IMG/VR virus record: IMGVR_UViG_3300033072_000529
Strand: one strand, 5' to 3'
Source: a virus
Lineage: Duplodnaviria > Caudoviricetes
Length of the DNA stretch: 64,000 nucleotides
Below the pieces are notes generated by a model. It was not told the DNA's origin and did no database searches. It saw only the letters and a program-made list of their open reading frames with translations. Within the stretch, counting starts at the first letter, position 1. Each line of letters starts with the position of its first letter. The translations under genes were made by a program, and so were the position numbers. Of the stretch, positions 40,621-50,486 are shown piece after piece.

Positions 40621-41448
40621 CTATGGTATACATCCCAGTATGGCGGTTTTTCGTGATAAACCTATCGGACAAGATAATAAATATTGGCAGAGTATATCTA
40701 TTTTTTTGCGAATAGATATTCTACCTAATTTATACCCTTTCTTTGGATTTATATATCTATAATCAACGAAATCGGATATACCTATATCGATCAACATGTT
40801 CTTCAATGAAGAAAAAGCATATTCATAGGGGCCGGTAAATGATATACTTTTATACCTTTTCTTATGTGAGGGCAAGCGCGGTGTGGATATACTACAATGT
40901 CCATCGCCATCGAAAAACCCCCGCCAGAAGCAATTATGTAGGTTTGTTGGAATATGTTCCAGTATTTTAGTAGGCTCTATGTGAGATTTATCGGGATAGT
41001 CGAAAGAATTTAAGAAATTATAAAGTTCTTTCGAATTAACCTTAAAATTGGTTAATTCGTTTATGGATGTAGGGCGCATCCTGGTGTAAATGTTCCATTG
41101 CCCAATAGCGTTCATTATAGGCATTATATCTTGTGCATCTGAAGATAATATTTCTAATTGAACTATATGGTTGTATCCTGATCTGCAAACTGTGCCATCA
41201 GCCCACAGGAATCCGAGAAACCATGCCACTTCGGTCGAAACTATATCTTTAAACTGATTTAAAGGTATTTTTAATAATGATTCATGTTTCATCTTTTCAT
41301 ATGAACGAAGGCCCATATATCGTGCGCGATTACCGATTCTATCGGAATCGGTTCTGTTTAATATTTTTGCGCAGTAGCCTTGGCCATATAAAGGATAGTT
41401 AATCTTTATGATTTCTAACTCTTGTGGTGTGAAATATTTTGTATGCAT
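40621..41448 (-). CDS. Free-standing LAGLIDADG homing endonuclease
   Basis: AWFLGFLWADG and FWRGFFDGDG; opposite strand to the island. Confidence 0.9.
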   Translation of the reverse strand: MHTKYFTPQELEIIKINYPLYGQGYCAKILNRTDSDRIGNRARYMGLRSYEKMKHESLLKIPLNQFKDIVSTEVAWFLGFLWADGTVCRSGYNHIVQLEILSSDAQDIMPIMNAIGQWNIYTRMRPTSINELTNFKVNSKELYNFLNSFDYPDKSHIEPTKILEHIPTNLHNCFWRGFFDGDGHCSISTPRLPSHKKRYKSISFTGPYEYAFSSLKNMLIDIGISDFVDYRYINPKKGYKLGRISIRKKIDILCQYLLSCPIGLSRKTAILGCIP

Positions 41449-41472
41449 ATCCGTCTATAATAAATATTTATT

Positions 41473-42402
41473 ATGCGTGTGTTATTTTTAACGACTAGGA
41501 AAGACGATAAACAAGGTGATTATGGAGAATTGAGCAACATAATAGGATTTCGACAATTATTAGGCGATAATTTCGTAGAATATCCGAGGAAACATATATT
41601 ATATGGAGATTATTCTAGATCACCTAAAAACACATTACACGGTATGGGATTCACTTACTGTAATAATATTATATTGGATACATCATATAATCGAAGTAAT
41701 TTGAGATTATCTGATTTTGATGTCGTTATACATGGATCGGGTCACATGTATGGTGATTTATGGGAGGTTGACCATCCGGCTCAATATTATACATGTTTCC
41801 ATGATATGTATGGCGATGCGCCTAGAAAGATATTATATAATGGGGAATATATAATAGGGACACAATATACTAGCAAGTGTTTTAAACGAGAATTAGTAGA
41901 GGCGTTTCCAACTGTCTGGCCCGCTGGATTTGGTATTCCAGAACAATATATCATGCCGATTTCGCCTATTAAAGAGAGACTATATCAGTCCACTGCTCCA
42001 GGTGACGCTTGTTTTGCTAATAGCAAAGGGTATAGGTTTGACACTGAATACGACTATTATCGAGACATGAATACTAGTTGGTTTGGGCTGACTTGTAAGA
42101 AAGGAGGGTGGGATTGTTTGCGGCACTATGAAATTCTTGCTTCTGGGGCAGTATTATTATTCAAAGAATATAATAATAAACCGCCATTATGTTCCCCCGT
42201 TGATCTCCCCACTATATCATATTCCACTAAATCCGAATTACATGACATTATGTATAGATTAATTGATAATGGTAAGCCCACGGATGAGTATAATGTATTA
42301 TTAGATAATCAACGCCGATGGCTATATACATACGGTACAACTAAAAAAAGAGCAGAGCATATGTGGAATATCATATTAAACGATATGAGAGATAGCACTT
42401 AA
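41473..42402 (+). CDS. GT-B glycosyltransferase-like protein
   Basis: KKGGWDCLRHYEILASGA, CFKREL. Confidence 0.7.
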   Translation: MRVLFLTTRKDDKQGDYGELSNIIGFRQLLGDNFVEYPRKHILYGDYSRSPKNTLHGMGFTYCNNIILDTSYNRSNLRLSDFDVVIHGSGHMYGDLWEVDHPAQYYTCFHDMYGDAPRKILYNGEYIIGTQYTSKCFKRELVEAFPTVWPAGFGIPEQYIMPISPIKERLYQSTAPGDACFANSKGYRFDTEYDYYRDMNTSWFGLTCKKGGWDCLRHYEILASGAVLLFKEYNNKPPLCSPVDLPTISYSTKSELHDIMYRLIDNGKPTDEYNVLLDNQRRWLYTYGTTKKRAEHMWNIILNDMRDST

Positions 42403-42430
42403 TATTTGGTCGATAAACCGTTTTACCCTG

Positions 42431-42459
42431 TTGCACAAAACAGTTTATTTTGATAAATT
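42431..42459 (+). promoter_or_regulatory. Sigma70-like promoter (leaderless)
   Basis: TTGCAC-N17-TAAATT with extended TG; ATG 7 nt downstream. Confidence 0.65.
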
Positions 42460-42465
42460 GTTAGG

Positions 42466-43449
42466 ATGCATAAAAAGCGAATTTTGATTACTGGTGGACT
42501 AGGATTCATAGGCACACATTGCCTTCAATTGTGGAAGAGCCTAGGATGGGACATAACCATAATCGATAATTTATCATCCAACACCTTGTCACCTAATGAT
42601 CCCTTGGTGCAGGATGTTCAAGTAATAATCGGTGATATCTTAACCTTTGAATGGGATGAGTCTTTACCTCATTTCGATATGATTTTACACCTTGCATCAC
42701 CGGTCGGACCAGTCGGAGTGCTTAAACATTCTGGCAAAATGGCTAGATTGATTATAGATGATATATATTGGGTAGTGGCAGGTGCCAAGAAGAATAAATG
42801 TCCATTGGTGTTTGTGTCTACGTCGGAGATATATGGTCATAGAGAAGAGAAGTCATATCTATCCGAAGAGGATGATAAGGTTCTACATGGTCCGTTCACT
42901 GTTAGAAACGAGTACTCTATGGCAAAATTACTATCGGAAATAGTTCTGGTGAATCAAGCACGTATAGATAAATCATTCCGGTATCAGATTATCCGCCCAT
43001 TTAATGTCACTGGAGAATATCAACTACCAGATGGTGGGTTTGTACTACCACGTTTCGTAGAACAAGCCTTGACAAATAAACCAATCACGGTATACTATAC
43101 AGGACAGCAATTACGTGCCTTTACTTGGGTAAAAGATATAGTGAAGGGAATACAATTGGTATCAGAAGCACCCGATAATCTATGGAATCAAGAATGGAAT
43201 ATAGGTAATGAGCAAAACGAGCGATCAATCTTTTATTTGGCTGATAAAGTCAAAACCTTGACAGCTTCTTCATCCCCCATAAGCCATGTTGATCCGACCA
43301 TATTACATGGTCCGCTTTTTTCAGAAGCACCCGAAAAAATACCTAACAGTGATAAGATAAAAACCTTACTAGGTTGGACCCCTACCAAGGGAGTCGATGA
43401 AGTTATAAAAGAAGTAATAACATTTTACAAAAAACGATTAAATCAATAA
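42466..43449 (+). CDS. NAD-dependent nucleotide-sugar epimerase/dehydratase (UDP-GlcA decarboxylase-like)
   Basis: TGGLGFIG, HLASP, STSEIYG, YSMAK, RPFNV. Confidence 0.9.
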   Translation: MHKKRILITGGLGFIGTHCLQLWKSLGWDITIIDNLSSNTLSPNDPLVQDVQVIIGDILTFEWDESLPHFDMILHLASPVGPVGVLKHSGKMARLIIDDIYWVVAGAKKNKCPLVFVSTSEIYGHREEKSYLSEEDDKVLHGPFTVRNEYSMAKLLSEIVLVNQARIDKSFRYQIIRPFNVTGEYQLPDGGFVLPRFVEQALTNKPITVYYTGQQLRAFTWVKDIVKGIQLVSEAPDNLWNQEWNIGNEQNERSIFYLADKVKTLTASSSPISHVDPTILHGPLFSEAPEKIPNSDKIKTLLGWTPTKGVDEVIKEVITFYKKRLNQ

Positions 43450-43533
43450 TATGAGTGATCAGCAAAATCCTTTCACATGCAAAGCATTATATAGTATTGT
43501 TGGGTTATCAGTACCGAATTTATCAGAAATACC

Positions 43534-44526
43534 ATGAAAATAGCTTTCCATTCATATCAACTAGGAGAACGCGGGACTGAGATATGCCTGTATAAATACG
43601 CCAAGTATAATAAAGAAATACTTGGCAATGAATCCATTATAATATCTACGAGTTCTAGGCCCATACCATCCGCAGAGAGATTCAGGGAATTCCCTACTTT
43701 TTTATACCCCGATATATGGCAAAACGATGGAAAGAATGTGCAGTTGCGTTCTACGCTGGAGAAATTATGTGAACGCGAGAAAGTGGATGCGTTTTATGCT
43801 ATCAAAGGGGGTGAAGATGATGGGTTTATGCCTACTAACACTAGAAGATTGGCCCATTGTATATTTCGATGTGATCAACCCCATGGGGATCGTTGGGCAG
43901 GTGTGTGTAAATATATAGCTGATAAAGGCGGAAAGGGATTTCCATGGGTATATCATATAGTGGAAAAGGAGGCACCGGATTGTCACGATGATTATCGCGA
44001 ACACTTTAATATTCCCAAGGATGCCTTGGTATTAGGGAGGCATGGTGGTTATGATACATTCAGTTTATCATCTATAACTACACCTGCAATAACAACAGCA
44101 TTAAATAACCGATCAGATTTACATTTCGTATTTCTCAACACTAAGAAGTTCATTGATCATCCCCGAGTCCATCACTTACCATGGACCATGAATGAAACAG
44201 AGAAAGCTAAATTTGTCAATACTTGCGATGCAATGATACATGCTCGTTATGACGGAGAAATTTTCTCCCTATCCACCGCTGAATTCTCCGTAAGAAATAA
44301 ACCGATTATAACATGGAAACCTGATAATATACCGGGACATTACGACACAGGGCATTTAGAGGTTTTACAAGGTAGTGCATATTATTATAATAGTGTATCC
44401 AAATTAGCGGATATTATGACTTTTTTGGATAAAAAAGATATTGCGAAACACGATTGGAACGTGTATGGTGATACCTATTCACCATTGAATGTGATGAATC
44501 AGTTCAATGATGTCTTTCTAAAATAA
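43534..44526 (+). CDS. GT-B (GT4-like) glycosyltransferase
   Basis: ERGTE..LYKYA, GRHGG, HARYDGEIF..AEF. Confidence 0.75.
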   Translation: MKIAFHSYQLGERGTEICLYKYAKYNKEILGNESIIISTSSRPIPSAERFREFPTFLYPDIWQNDGKNVQLRSTLEKLCEREKVDAFYAIKGGEDDGFMPTNTRRLAHCIFRCDQPHGDRWAGVCKYIADKGGKGFPWVYHIVEKEAPDCHDDYREHFNIPKDALVLGRHGGYDTFSLSSITTPAITTALNNRSDLHFVFLNTKKFIDHPRVHHLPWTMNETEKAKFVNTCDAMIHARYDGEIFSLSTAEFSVRNKPIITWKPDNIPGHYDTGHLEVLQGSAYYYNSVSKLADIMTFLDKKDIAKHDWNVYGDTYSPLNVMNQFNDVFLK

Positions 44527-44547
44527 TGAGAACAGTATAATTACACA

Positions 44548-45222
44548 ATGGAAATATTAGAACAAACACACGGGGAATCCGTAAACGAAGGACATTTGGG
44601 GGGTTTTGCCATCGGCGGAGACGGCGGAACATATTATCCTATAATGTGGAAATATCTGGTGGAAGAGTATGGGGTGAAATCCGTATTAGATGTAGGTTGC
44701 GGTCGAGGCTATGCAGCCCGTTTCTTTAAAAGCCTGGGATGTGAGATTAGGGGCGTAGATGGGGCACAACGTGCCAAAACTGAATCTTTGATACCCGAAG
44801 ACTTCATACACTTCGACTATACTACTGGACCTTTGGTGATCAATAGAGTATCTCCCAATGGATTGTTGAGTATGGATCAACGGGTTCAACCTAAACAGTT
44901 TGACCTGGGATGGACCTGCGAATTTGTGGAGCACGTGGAAGAAAAGTATATTCCTAATTTTATGGCGACTTTATCTCAATGCAAATATGTCGCCATGACC
45001 TTTGCATCTCCTGGCCAAGGAGGGCATCACCATGTCAATGAGAATACCCAAGATTATTGGATTGGTAAATTTAAGGAGTACGGGTTCAATTGGGATAATA
45101 TAGGAACACAAATTCTGCGGAATTATGCCCTAAAAGATAAGGAAGAACGATTGAAGATACCAAATCATCCATATTTCATCTCCCATTTTATAGATAGAGG
45201 TTTATTATTCCAAAAAGCGTAA
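44548..45222 (+). CDS. Class I SAM-dependent methyltransferase
   Basis: VLDVGCGRG, EFVEHV, PGQGGHHHVN. Confidence 0.9.
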   Translation: MEILEQTHGESVNEGHLGGFAIGGDGGTYYPIMWKYLVEEYGVKSVLDVGCGRGYAARFFKSLGCEIRGVDGAQRAKTESLIPEDFIHFDYTTGPLVINRVSPNGLLSMDQRVQPKQFDLGWTCEFVEHVEEKYIPNFMATLSQCKYVAMTFASPGQGGHHHVNENTQDYWIGKFKEYGFNWDNIGTQILRNYALKDKEERLKIPNHPYFISHFIDRGLLFQKA

Positions 45223-45225
45223 TAT

Positions 45226-46215
45226 ATGATAGTAGCCAGCGTACCATTGCGAATATCCCTAGTGGGAGGATCAACTGATCAACCAGCATTTCTTGCCAAG
45301 TATGGCACTGGAGAGGTTATATCTTTTCCGTGTGATTTAAGGGTATATGCATCAGTTCATCGAGATGTGTTAGGGACTAATGGTAAGCGAAATAAGTGGA
45401 TCATAAATTATTCCAAGAGGGAAGAAGTATCTGATGTAGTTAATATTCATAATGATGTAGTACGGGAAACCCTATTATGTTTCGATGTGGAACCCTGTAC
45501 AATATCCTTGACTTCCGATGTTCCATCCTATGGATCAGGTTTAGCATGTTCCTCTGCATATATCATGGCATTGGTCGCAGCATTGAATCCCCATCTTAAC
45601 GAGGAAGTCATATGTTCAGTGGCATACGAGATAGAACGACGTATAAATCCTAGTGTAGGATTACAGGATTTCTATGGCTCAACAAAAGGTGGACTGCGCC
45701 GGTTGACTTTTTCGTCTATGAAGGATGACACCCCTGCTTGTACCCAAGTCCTGGGATATAATGATTCAATATTTGACACCATGAAGGAATCTAATATCTA
45801 CATGATGTTGGTGCCTACGGGTATTAGTAGGAGTTCTACAGAAGTATTAAAGACTCTAGATGTAGATGCATGCAGAGTTCTACTAGACGATGTACAGCAT
45901 ATGCATTATATATTGACGGGTACACTAGCTACAGGGGTTTCCCGACTAGATGAGGTAGCCACATTGTTGACTACTACGTGGGAACATAAGAAGAATACTT
46001 CTACCATGATAACACAAAATCCAGCAATCAAGGATTTAGATGATGCATTGGGATCGAATCCTCTAGTTAAAGGACGAAAATTGTGTGGGGCAGGCAATGG
46101 TGGGTACTTTTTTGTTCTGCTACATGCACCGTCTGACGCACAACGGCTAGGATTTTCCGCTAAATATGGCGCAGTTCCGATTAAATGCGATCACACTGGT
46201 ATAATTATAAAATAA
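45226..46215 (+). CDS. GHMP sugar kinase (HddA-like heptose-7-P kinase)
   Basis: PLRISLVGGSTD, PSYGSGLACSS, GLQD, KLCGAGNGG. Confidence 0.88.
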   Translation: MIVASVPLRISLVGGSTDQPAFLAKYGTGEVISFPCDLRVYASVHRDVLGTNGKRNKWIINYSKREEVSDVVNIHNDVVRETLLCFDVEPCTISLTSDVPSYGSGLACSSAYIMALVAALNPHLNEEVICSVAYEIERRINPSVGLQDFYGSTKGGLRRLTFSSMKDDTPACTQVLGYNDSIFDTMKESNIYMMLVPTGISRSSTEVLKTLDVDACRVLLDDVQHMHYILTGTLATGVSRLDEVATLLTTTWEHKKNTSTMITQNPAIKDLDDALGSNPLVKGRKLCGAGNGGYFFVLLHAPSDAQRLGFSAKYGAVPIKCDHTGIIIK

Positions 46216-46216
46216 C

Positions 46217-46717
46217 ATGAATATCAAAGACTTACAAAATGCAATTGCATCTATAGATGCAGATAAACTGGTTCAGTTGGAGAAACTGATACATAAGCAT
46301 AAGCATATTATAATACTGGGTAATGGAGGAAGCAATGCGATTGCTCAGCATATAGCACAGGATTATACAAAAGTATTAAAGAAACAAGCAATATGTTTTG
46401 CGGATGCTAGTAGACTAACGTGTTATATAAATGACTACGGTATGGATATGGCATATAGAATCTTCATACAGGATTTTGTACGACCGGATACACTGGTTAT
46501 TCTTATATCGTCCTCTGGAGAGTCTGTGAATATGATTCACGCCGCAGATTATTGTAGATTTCATTCTGTACCGTATATAACATTGACGGGTTTCAGTGGT
46601 ACGAATACTCTCCATACTATTGGTCAAGGTACTGCTGCCTTGACATTTCTAGTGGATTCTTTATCATATGGGGTTGTGGAATTAACACATGAAGCAATAT
46701 TACATACAGTATGTTAG
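46217..46717 (+). CDS. SIS-domain phosphoheptose isomerase (GmhA-like)
   Basis: GNGGSNAIAQH, ISSSGESVN, YGVVE..H. Confidence 0.88.
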   Translation: MNIKDLQNAIASIDADKLVQLEKLIHKHKHIIILGNGGSNAIAQHIAQDYTKVLKKQAICFADASRLTCYINDYGMDMAYRIFIQDFVRPDTLVILISSSGESVNMIHAADYCRFHSVPYITLTGFSGTNTLHTIGQGTAALTFLVDSLSYGVVELTHEAILHTVC

Positions 46718-47334
46718 ATCGTTGCAAAATATTACAATGGTTAATATCTGACCTTCGGGCGTGGGCAGTTCTGTGGGGTATGATATACATAGGTATAATG
46801 AATGCTAATGGAGAGTTGGCATTGCTATCTATTATAACCAATATAGGTCTGATTACTATATTAGCGGCGATATATAGAGATTGGGCTAATTCGTACACCC
46901 CTCAGGTTCCTACGTATGGTATAATAGCTGGTACATTTGATGTTATTCACCCTGGCTATGCGGCATTATTCAAAGAATGTCAATCCAAATGTGACCACTT
47001 AATAGTGGCATTGCATCGTGATCCATCCATGGAACGAGGAAATAAGACTACACCTGTTCTAAGCTTGGCGGATCGACAGCAAATACTGGAATGCCTCAAA
47101 CCGGTATATAAAGTAGAAGTATATTCGACCGAAAAAGAGTTATATAATATACTAGCCCGCTATGCACTATCTGCTGCAAAGCAGGATATACATTTGATTC
47201 GATTTCTAGGCGATGATTATAAGGATAAAAGTATAACAGGACAAGACTTGAACATTCCGATACATTACACCAGCCGAACACATGGCTGGAGTGCGACTAA
47301 ATTTAAACAATTAATATATGATTCCATCAATTAA
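46711..47334 (+). CDS. Cytidylyltransferase-family protein with N-terminal TM segments
   Basis: GTFDVIHPGY, FLGDDY, RTHGWSAT; hydrophobic first ~55 aa. Confidence 0.85.
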   Translation: MLDRCKILQWLISDLRAWAVLWGMIYIGIMNANGELALLSIITNIGLITILAAIYRDWANSYTPQVPTYGIIAGTFDVIHPGYAALFKECQSKCDHLIVALHRDPSMERGNKTTPVLSLADRQQILECLKPVYKVEVYSTEKELYNILARYALSAAKQDIHLIRFLGDDYKDKSITGQDLNIPIHYTSRTHGWSATKFKQLIYDSIN

Positions 47335-48217
47335 AAAAGTTCTAGTTACAGGAGGAGCAGGGTTCATAGGGTCTAATCTAGTGGATGCGCTTATATTACG
47401 GGGATATCAGGTAATATGTGTGGATAATGAATCTGCGGTTTCTAATGAGAAATTCTATTGGAATCCATTAGCAGAAAATCATAAAGTATCGATCTTAGAT
47501 GCAGACACTGGCGATCTATTCCGCGATGTACACTGTGTATTTCATATGGCAGCAGAGTCTCGTATACAGACTGCTATTGCTGATCCTCGATATGCCTATA
47601 CCAATAACATTATAGGCACATACAATGTCGTAGAGTGGTGTAAAAAACATAAAGTGTCCAAATTGGTGTATTCGTCTACCTCATCTGTGTATGGAAATAA
47701 TATATTATCATCTGATACTCATAAAGTGGATTGTTTGAATCCATATTCTGTATCTAAATACGCAGGAGAACAAATCGTATCAACTCATGCCAAAATGGGT
47801 GACTTCCAATCATGTATTTTTCGGTATTTTAATGTATATGGAGAACGATCCCCCACTAAAGGATCATATGCGCCCGTGGTTGGAATATTCTTAAATCAAT
47901 ATAAGAATGATAGACCCTTGACTATAGTCGGTTCAGGATTTAACACACGCGATTTCGTGCATGTGTCCGACATAGTTGAGGCAAATATATTGGCAATGAA
48001 CACCTTCACAGGGATGAGTATTGGTCCCCTGAATATCGGAACAGGGAAATCATATAGTATAAAAGCTATAGCCAATATGATTTGTAAAAATCATATATAT
48101 ATTCCTGCCAGGATAGGAGAAGCAGCATCTACTTGGGCAGATATATATCTTGCCAATAGCATATTAGGCTACACTCCCCGAGTAGATATTGAAACATGGA
48201 TACAATCCCAGCTATGA
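47318..48217 (+). CDS. NAD-dependent epimerase/dehydratase
   Basis: TGGAGFIGS, SSTSSVYG, YSVSK, RYFNVYG, RDFVHV. Confidence 0.93.
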   Translation: MIPSIKKVLVTGGAGFIGSNLVDALILRGYQVICVDNESAVSNEKFYWNPLAENHKVSILDADTGDLFRDVHCVFHMAAESRIQTAIADPRYAYTNNIIGTYNVVEWCKKHKVSKLVYSSTSSVYGNNILSSDTHKVDCLNPYSVSKYAGEQIVSTHAKMGDFQSCIFRYFNVYGERSPTKGSYAPVVGIFLNQYKNDRPLTIVGSGFNTRDFVHVSDIVEANILAMNTFTGMSIGPLNIGTGKSYSIKAIANMICKNHIYIPARIGEAASTWADIYLANSILGYTPRVDIETWIQSQL

Positions 48218-48936
48218 CCAAAACTGCAATATGTATAAGTGGGGAATTACGATCCATAGATACATGCTTTCCGAAATTACAAACCAATGTACTAGATACT
48301 CTAGCAGACTATGATATCTATTACTTTGGTTGGACTGATGACCCCAATATAGATAAATTATCCATATTGGAGAAACACCCAAATATCAAAGATATTGCTA
48401 TAGAATCCAGAAAAAAGTTCAATATAGATTATTACTACCCTATAAAACAGCCTAATATACAGTATTTGAATATACTTCGGCAGTTTTATTGCTTACAAGC
48501 TGTGAATAATCTAAAAAACAGTCATAATATATCATATGATATCAATATACGGGTTCGACCCGATTTGTATATTAGAAACAAATTACAGGAGGATTTATAT
48601 GAATGTGATATGAATAAATTATGGTTACTGGATCATGATAATTGGCATGGGTATTCAGATAGATTGTATATATCTAACACCCCTATTATGGATATTGTAT
48701 CCAATCGTATTGATAACATCCGAGAGTACAACTTGTTGGGTGCTATTGCGGAATATGAGGGATTTTTACAATTCGTGTGTAATTGTCACGATGTTGAGGT
48801 CGATAGATTATCGTTGAAAACGCATTTATTACGCACCAACGGCGATACAGAGGGGGAATTGGTTGCTCTGGAGCGGGGAGAAATAGAATTAAGACCCCGT
48901 GGTATATATCATATTGCACAAAATGCTTACATTTAA
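48214..48936 (+). CDS. Putative glycosyltransferase
   Basis: AICISGELR, YDINIRVRPD, SDR. Confidence 0.6.
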   Translation: MTKTAICISGELRSIDTCFPKLQTNVLDTLADYDIYYFGWTDDPNIDKLSILEKHPNIKDIAIESRKKFNIDYYYPIKQPNIQYLNILRQFYCLQAVNNLKNSHNISYDINIRVRPDLYIRNKLQEDLYECDMNKLWLLDHDNWHGYSDRLYISNTPIMDIVSNRIDNIREYNLLGAIAEYEGFLQFVCNCHDVEVDRLSLKTHLLRTNGDTEGELVALERGEIELRPRGIYHIAQNAYI

Positions 48937-48962
48937 GCATATTGCGATATAAATACGATATT

Positions 48963-49169
48963 ATGGCAATGACAACCTCCAGCGCATTCGGTATATCTAA
49001 CAATCAACGCACTCTAATACAGGGTGAACCATCTCAAGTTCAATCTCCTAGACAAGAACAAGTAGTAGTCGATCAAAAGGCAGTACTTCTCAAAAAAGCA
49101 GTAGACGATTATACTGCGGGCAAGATAACAAAGGAACAGTTTGAAACTATAAGTAAAGCTCTGAAATAA
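48963..49169 (+). CDS. Small protein with SHOCT-like C-terminus
   Basis: AGKITKEQFE; TAAATA upstream. Confidence 0.5.
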   Translation: MAMTTSSAFGISNNQRTLIQGEPSQVQSPRQEQVVVDQKAVLLKKAVDDYTAGKITKEQFETISKALK

Positions 49170-49205
49170 GCCTTTACTTATTGCGATGACGGTGTAACAT
49201 AAGGC

Positions 49206-49904
49206 ATGAATTACACCGTCATCGTACATGAACCCACTTTGGTCCAGTTTATTAACTGGTTGCCTGATAATGAGGCACATGAGCAATATTATATGTCGCT
49301 TTTTGCGCGTAAGAAGTATTATCCCCACTTGAAATGGATCAAGAGTGATAAAAGTCAACTGGCTAGAAAAACTAGCACCAAGCAAAAATTACTATCCAAA
49401 ATTCGCCAATTAGAGTGCCCAATTGGCGCATATGTTCAACACCAGGATAATGCTGCTATTCCTCCCGAAGCATTAGCACTATATATAAATCCTAATCCAA
49501 GGGACTTATATAAAGCCACATTGCACGGCTTAAGCGACTTTGCTAAGTTGATCGAAACACAAGCGAAGAATTACAATCCTCATCAAGAGATATTATCGAC
49601 TATACAGCGAACATCATCTAGAAAAGTGTGGATTGATTTTGATATAGATTGTTTAGATGATAGTGTTCTACCTAAAATCCATTCTATATTAGGAGATAAT
49701 AAAGCTTGTAGACGAATTTTACGCACCCGTGGGGGATACCATGTGTTGGTCAAGCCTGACATGGTGCCCGATTCAGTAGCTCGTACTTGGTATAAGAATC
49801 TAGCATCTATGGCAGATGTCAAAGGTGATAATATGATTCCCGTACCGGGATGTATACAAGGTTATATAGATGGCGAACCCTTTTACCCTCGATTTGTAGA
49901 TTGA
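49206..49904 (+). CDS. AEP/PrimPol-like hypothetical protein
   Basis: IDFDID, RTRGGYH and a later D resemble AEP motifs I-III. Confidence 0.5.
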   Translation: MNYTVIVHEPTLVQFINWLPDNEAHEQYYMSLFARKKYYPHLKWIKSDKSQLARKTSTKQKLLSKIRQLECPIGAYVQHQDNAAIPPEALALYINPNPRDLYKATLHGLSDFAKLIETQAKNYNPHQEILSTIQRTSSRKVWIDFDIDCLDDSVLPKIHSILGDNKACRRILRTRGGYHVLVKPDMVPDSVARTWYKNLASMADVKGDNMIPVPGCIQGYIDGEPFYPRFVD

Positions 49905-49907
49905 TAT

Positions 49908-50486
49908 ATGAACAACTATTACACTAGTGATTGGCATCTAGGCGACCCTAGAATAGGTAACAATGGTAAACCTAATGTATTTTACCGTGATTTTCCTTCC
50001 ATATGGAGACAGAATAATATCATGGTGCAATCATTACAATATGATTTTCAAGATGGTGATACCTTATGGCATTTAGGTGATGTTGTATATGACATTGAAG
50101 CACCTGATGAAGGAGGACAATCAGCAGAATATTATATGGATCGCTTGCGAAACAAATATCCAAAATCTAAATTTAATTTGATTTTAGGTAATTATGATGT
50201 GGGTAAAGAGGATTGGCTACAGAAGTACTTTGATCAGTTGTATACTGATACATCGGTTACGATTAATGGTAGAGAGTACTACATGAATCATTACCCTGTT
50301 AATTGTCTAGACAAAGAATTTTCCTTGACAGGGCATATCCACGGATTATGGAAGGTGCAGCATAATATGATCAATGTAGGAGTGGATGCATGGCATAATA
50401 AGGTGGTATCAGACAATACTATTGATTTTTGTAGAACTGCATGCGAGAAATATTACGATAAAAATGCATTTCCTTATAAACCTTGA
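49908..50486 (+). CDS. Calcineurin-like phosphoesterase
   Basis: TSDWH, HLGD, GNYD, HYP, GHIH, NVGVD. Confidence 0.9.
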   Translation: MNNYYTSDWHLGDPRIGNNGKPNVFYRDFPSIWRQNNIMVQSLQYDFQDGDTLWHLGDVVYDIEAPDEGGQSAEYYMDRLRNKYPKSKFNLILGNYDVGKEDWLQKYFDQLYTDTSVTINGREYYMNHYPVNCLDKEFSLTGHIHGLWKVQHNMINVGVDAWHNKVVSDNTIDFCRTACEKYYDKNAFPYKP

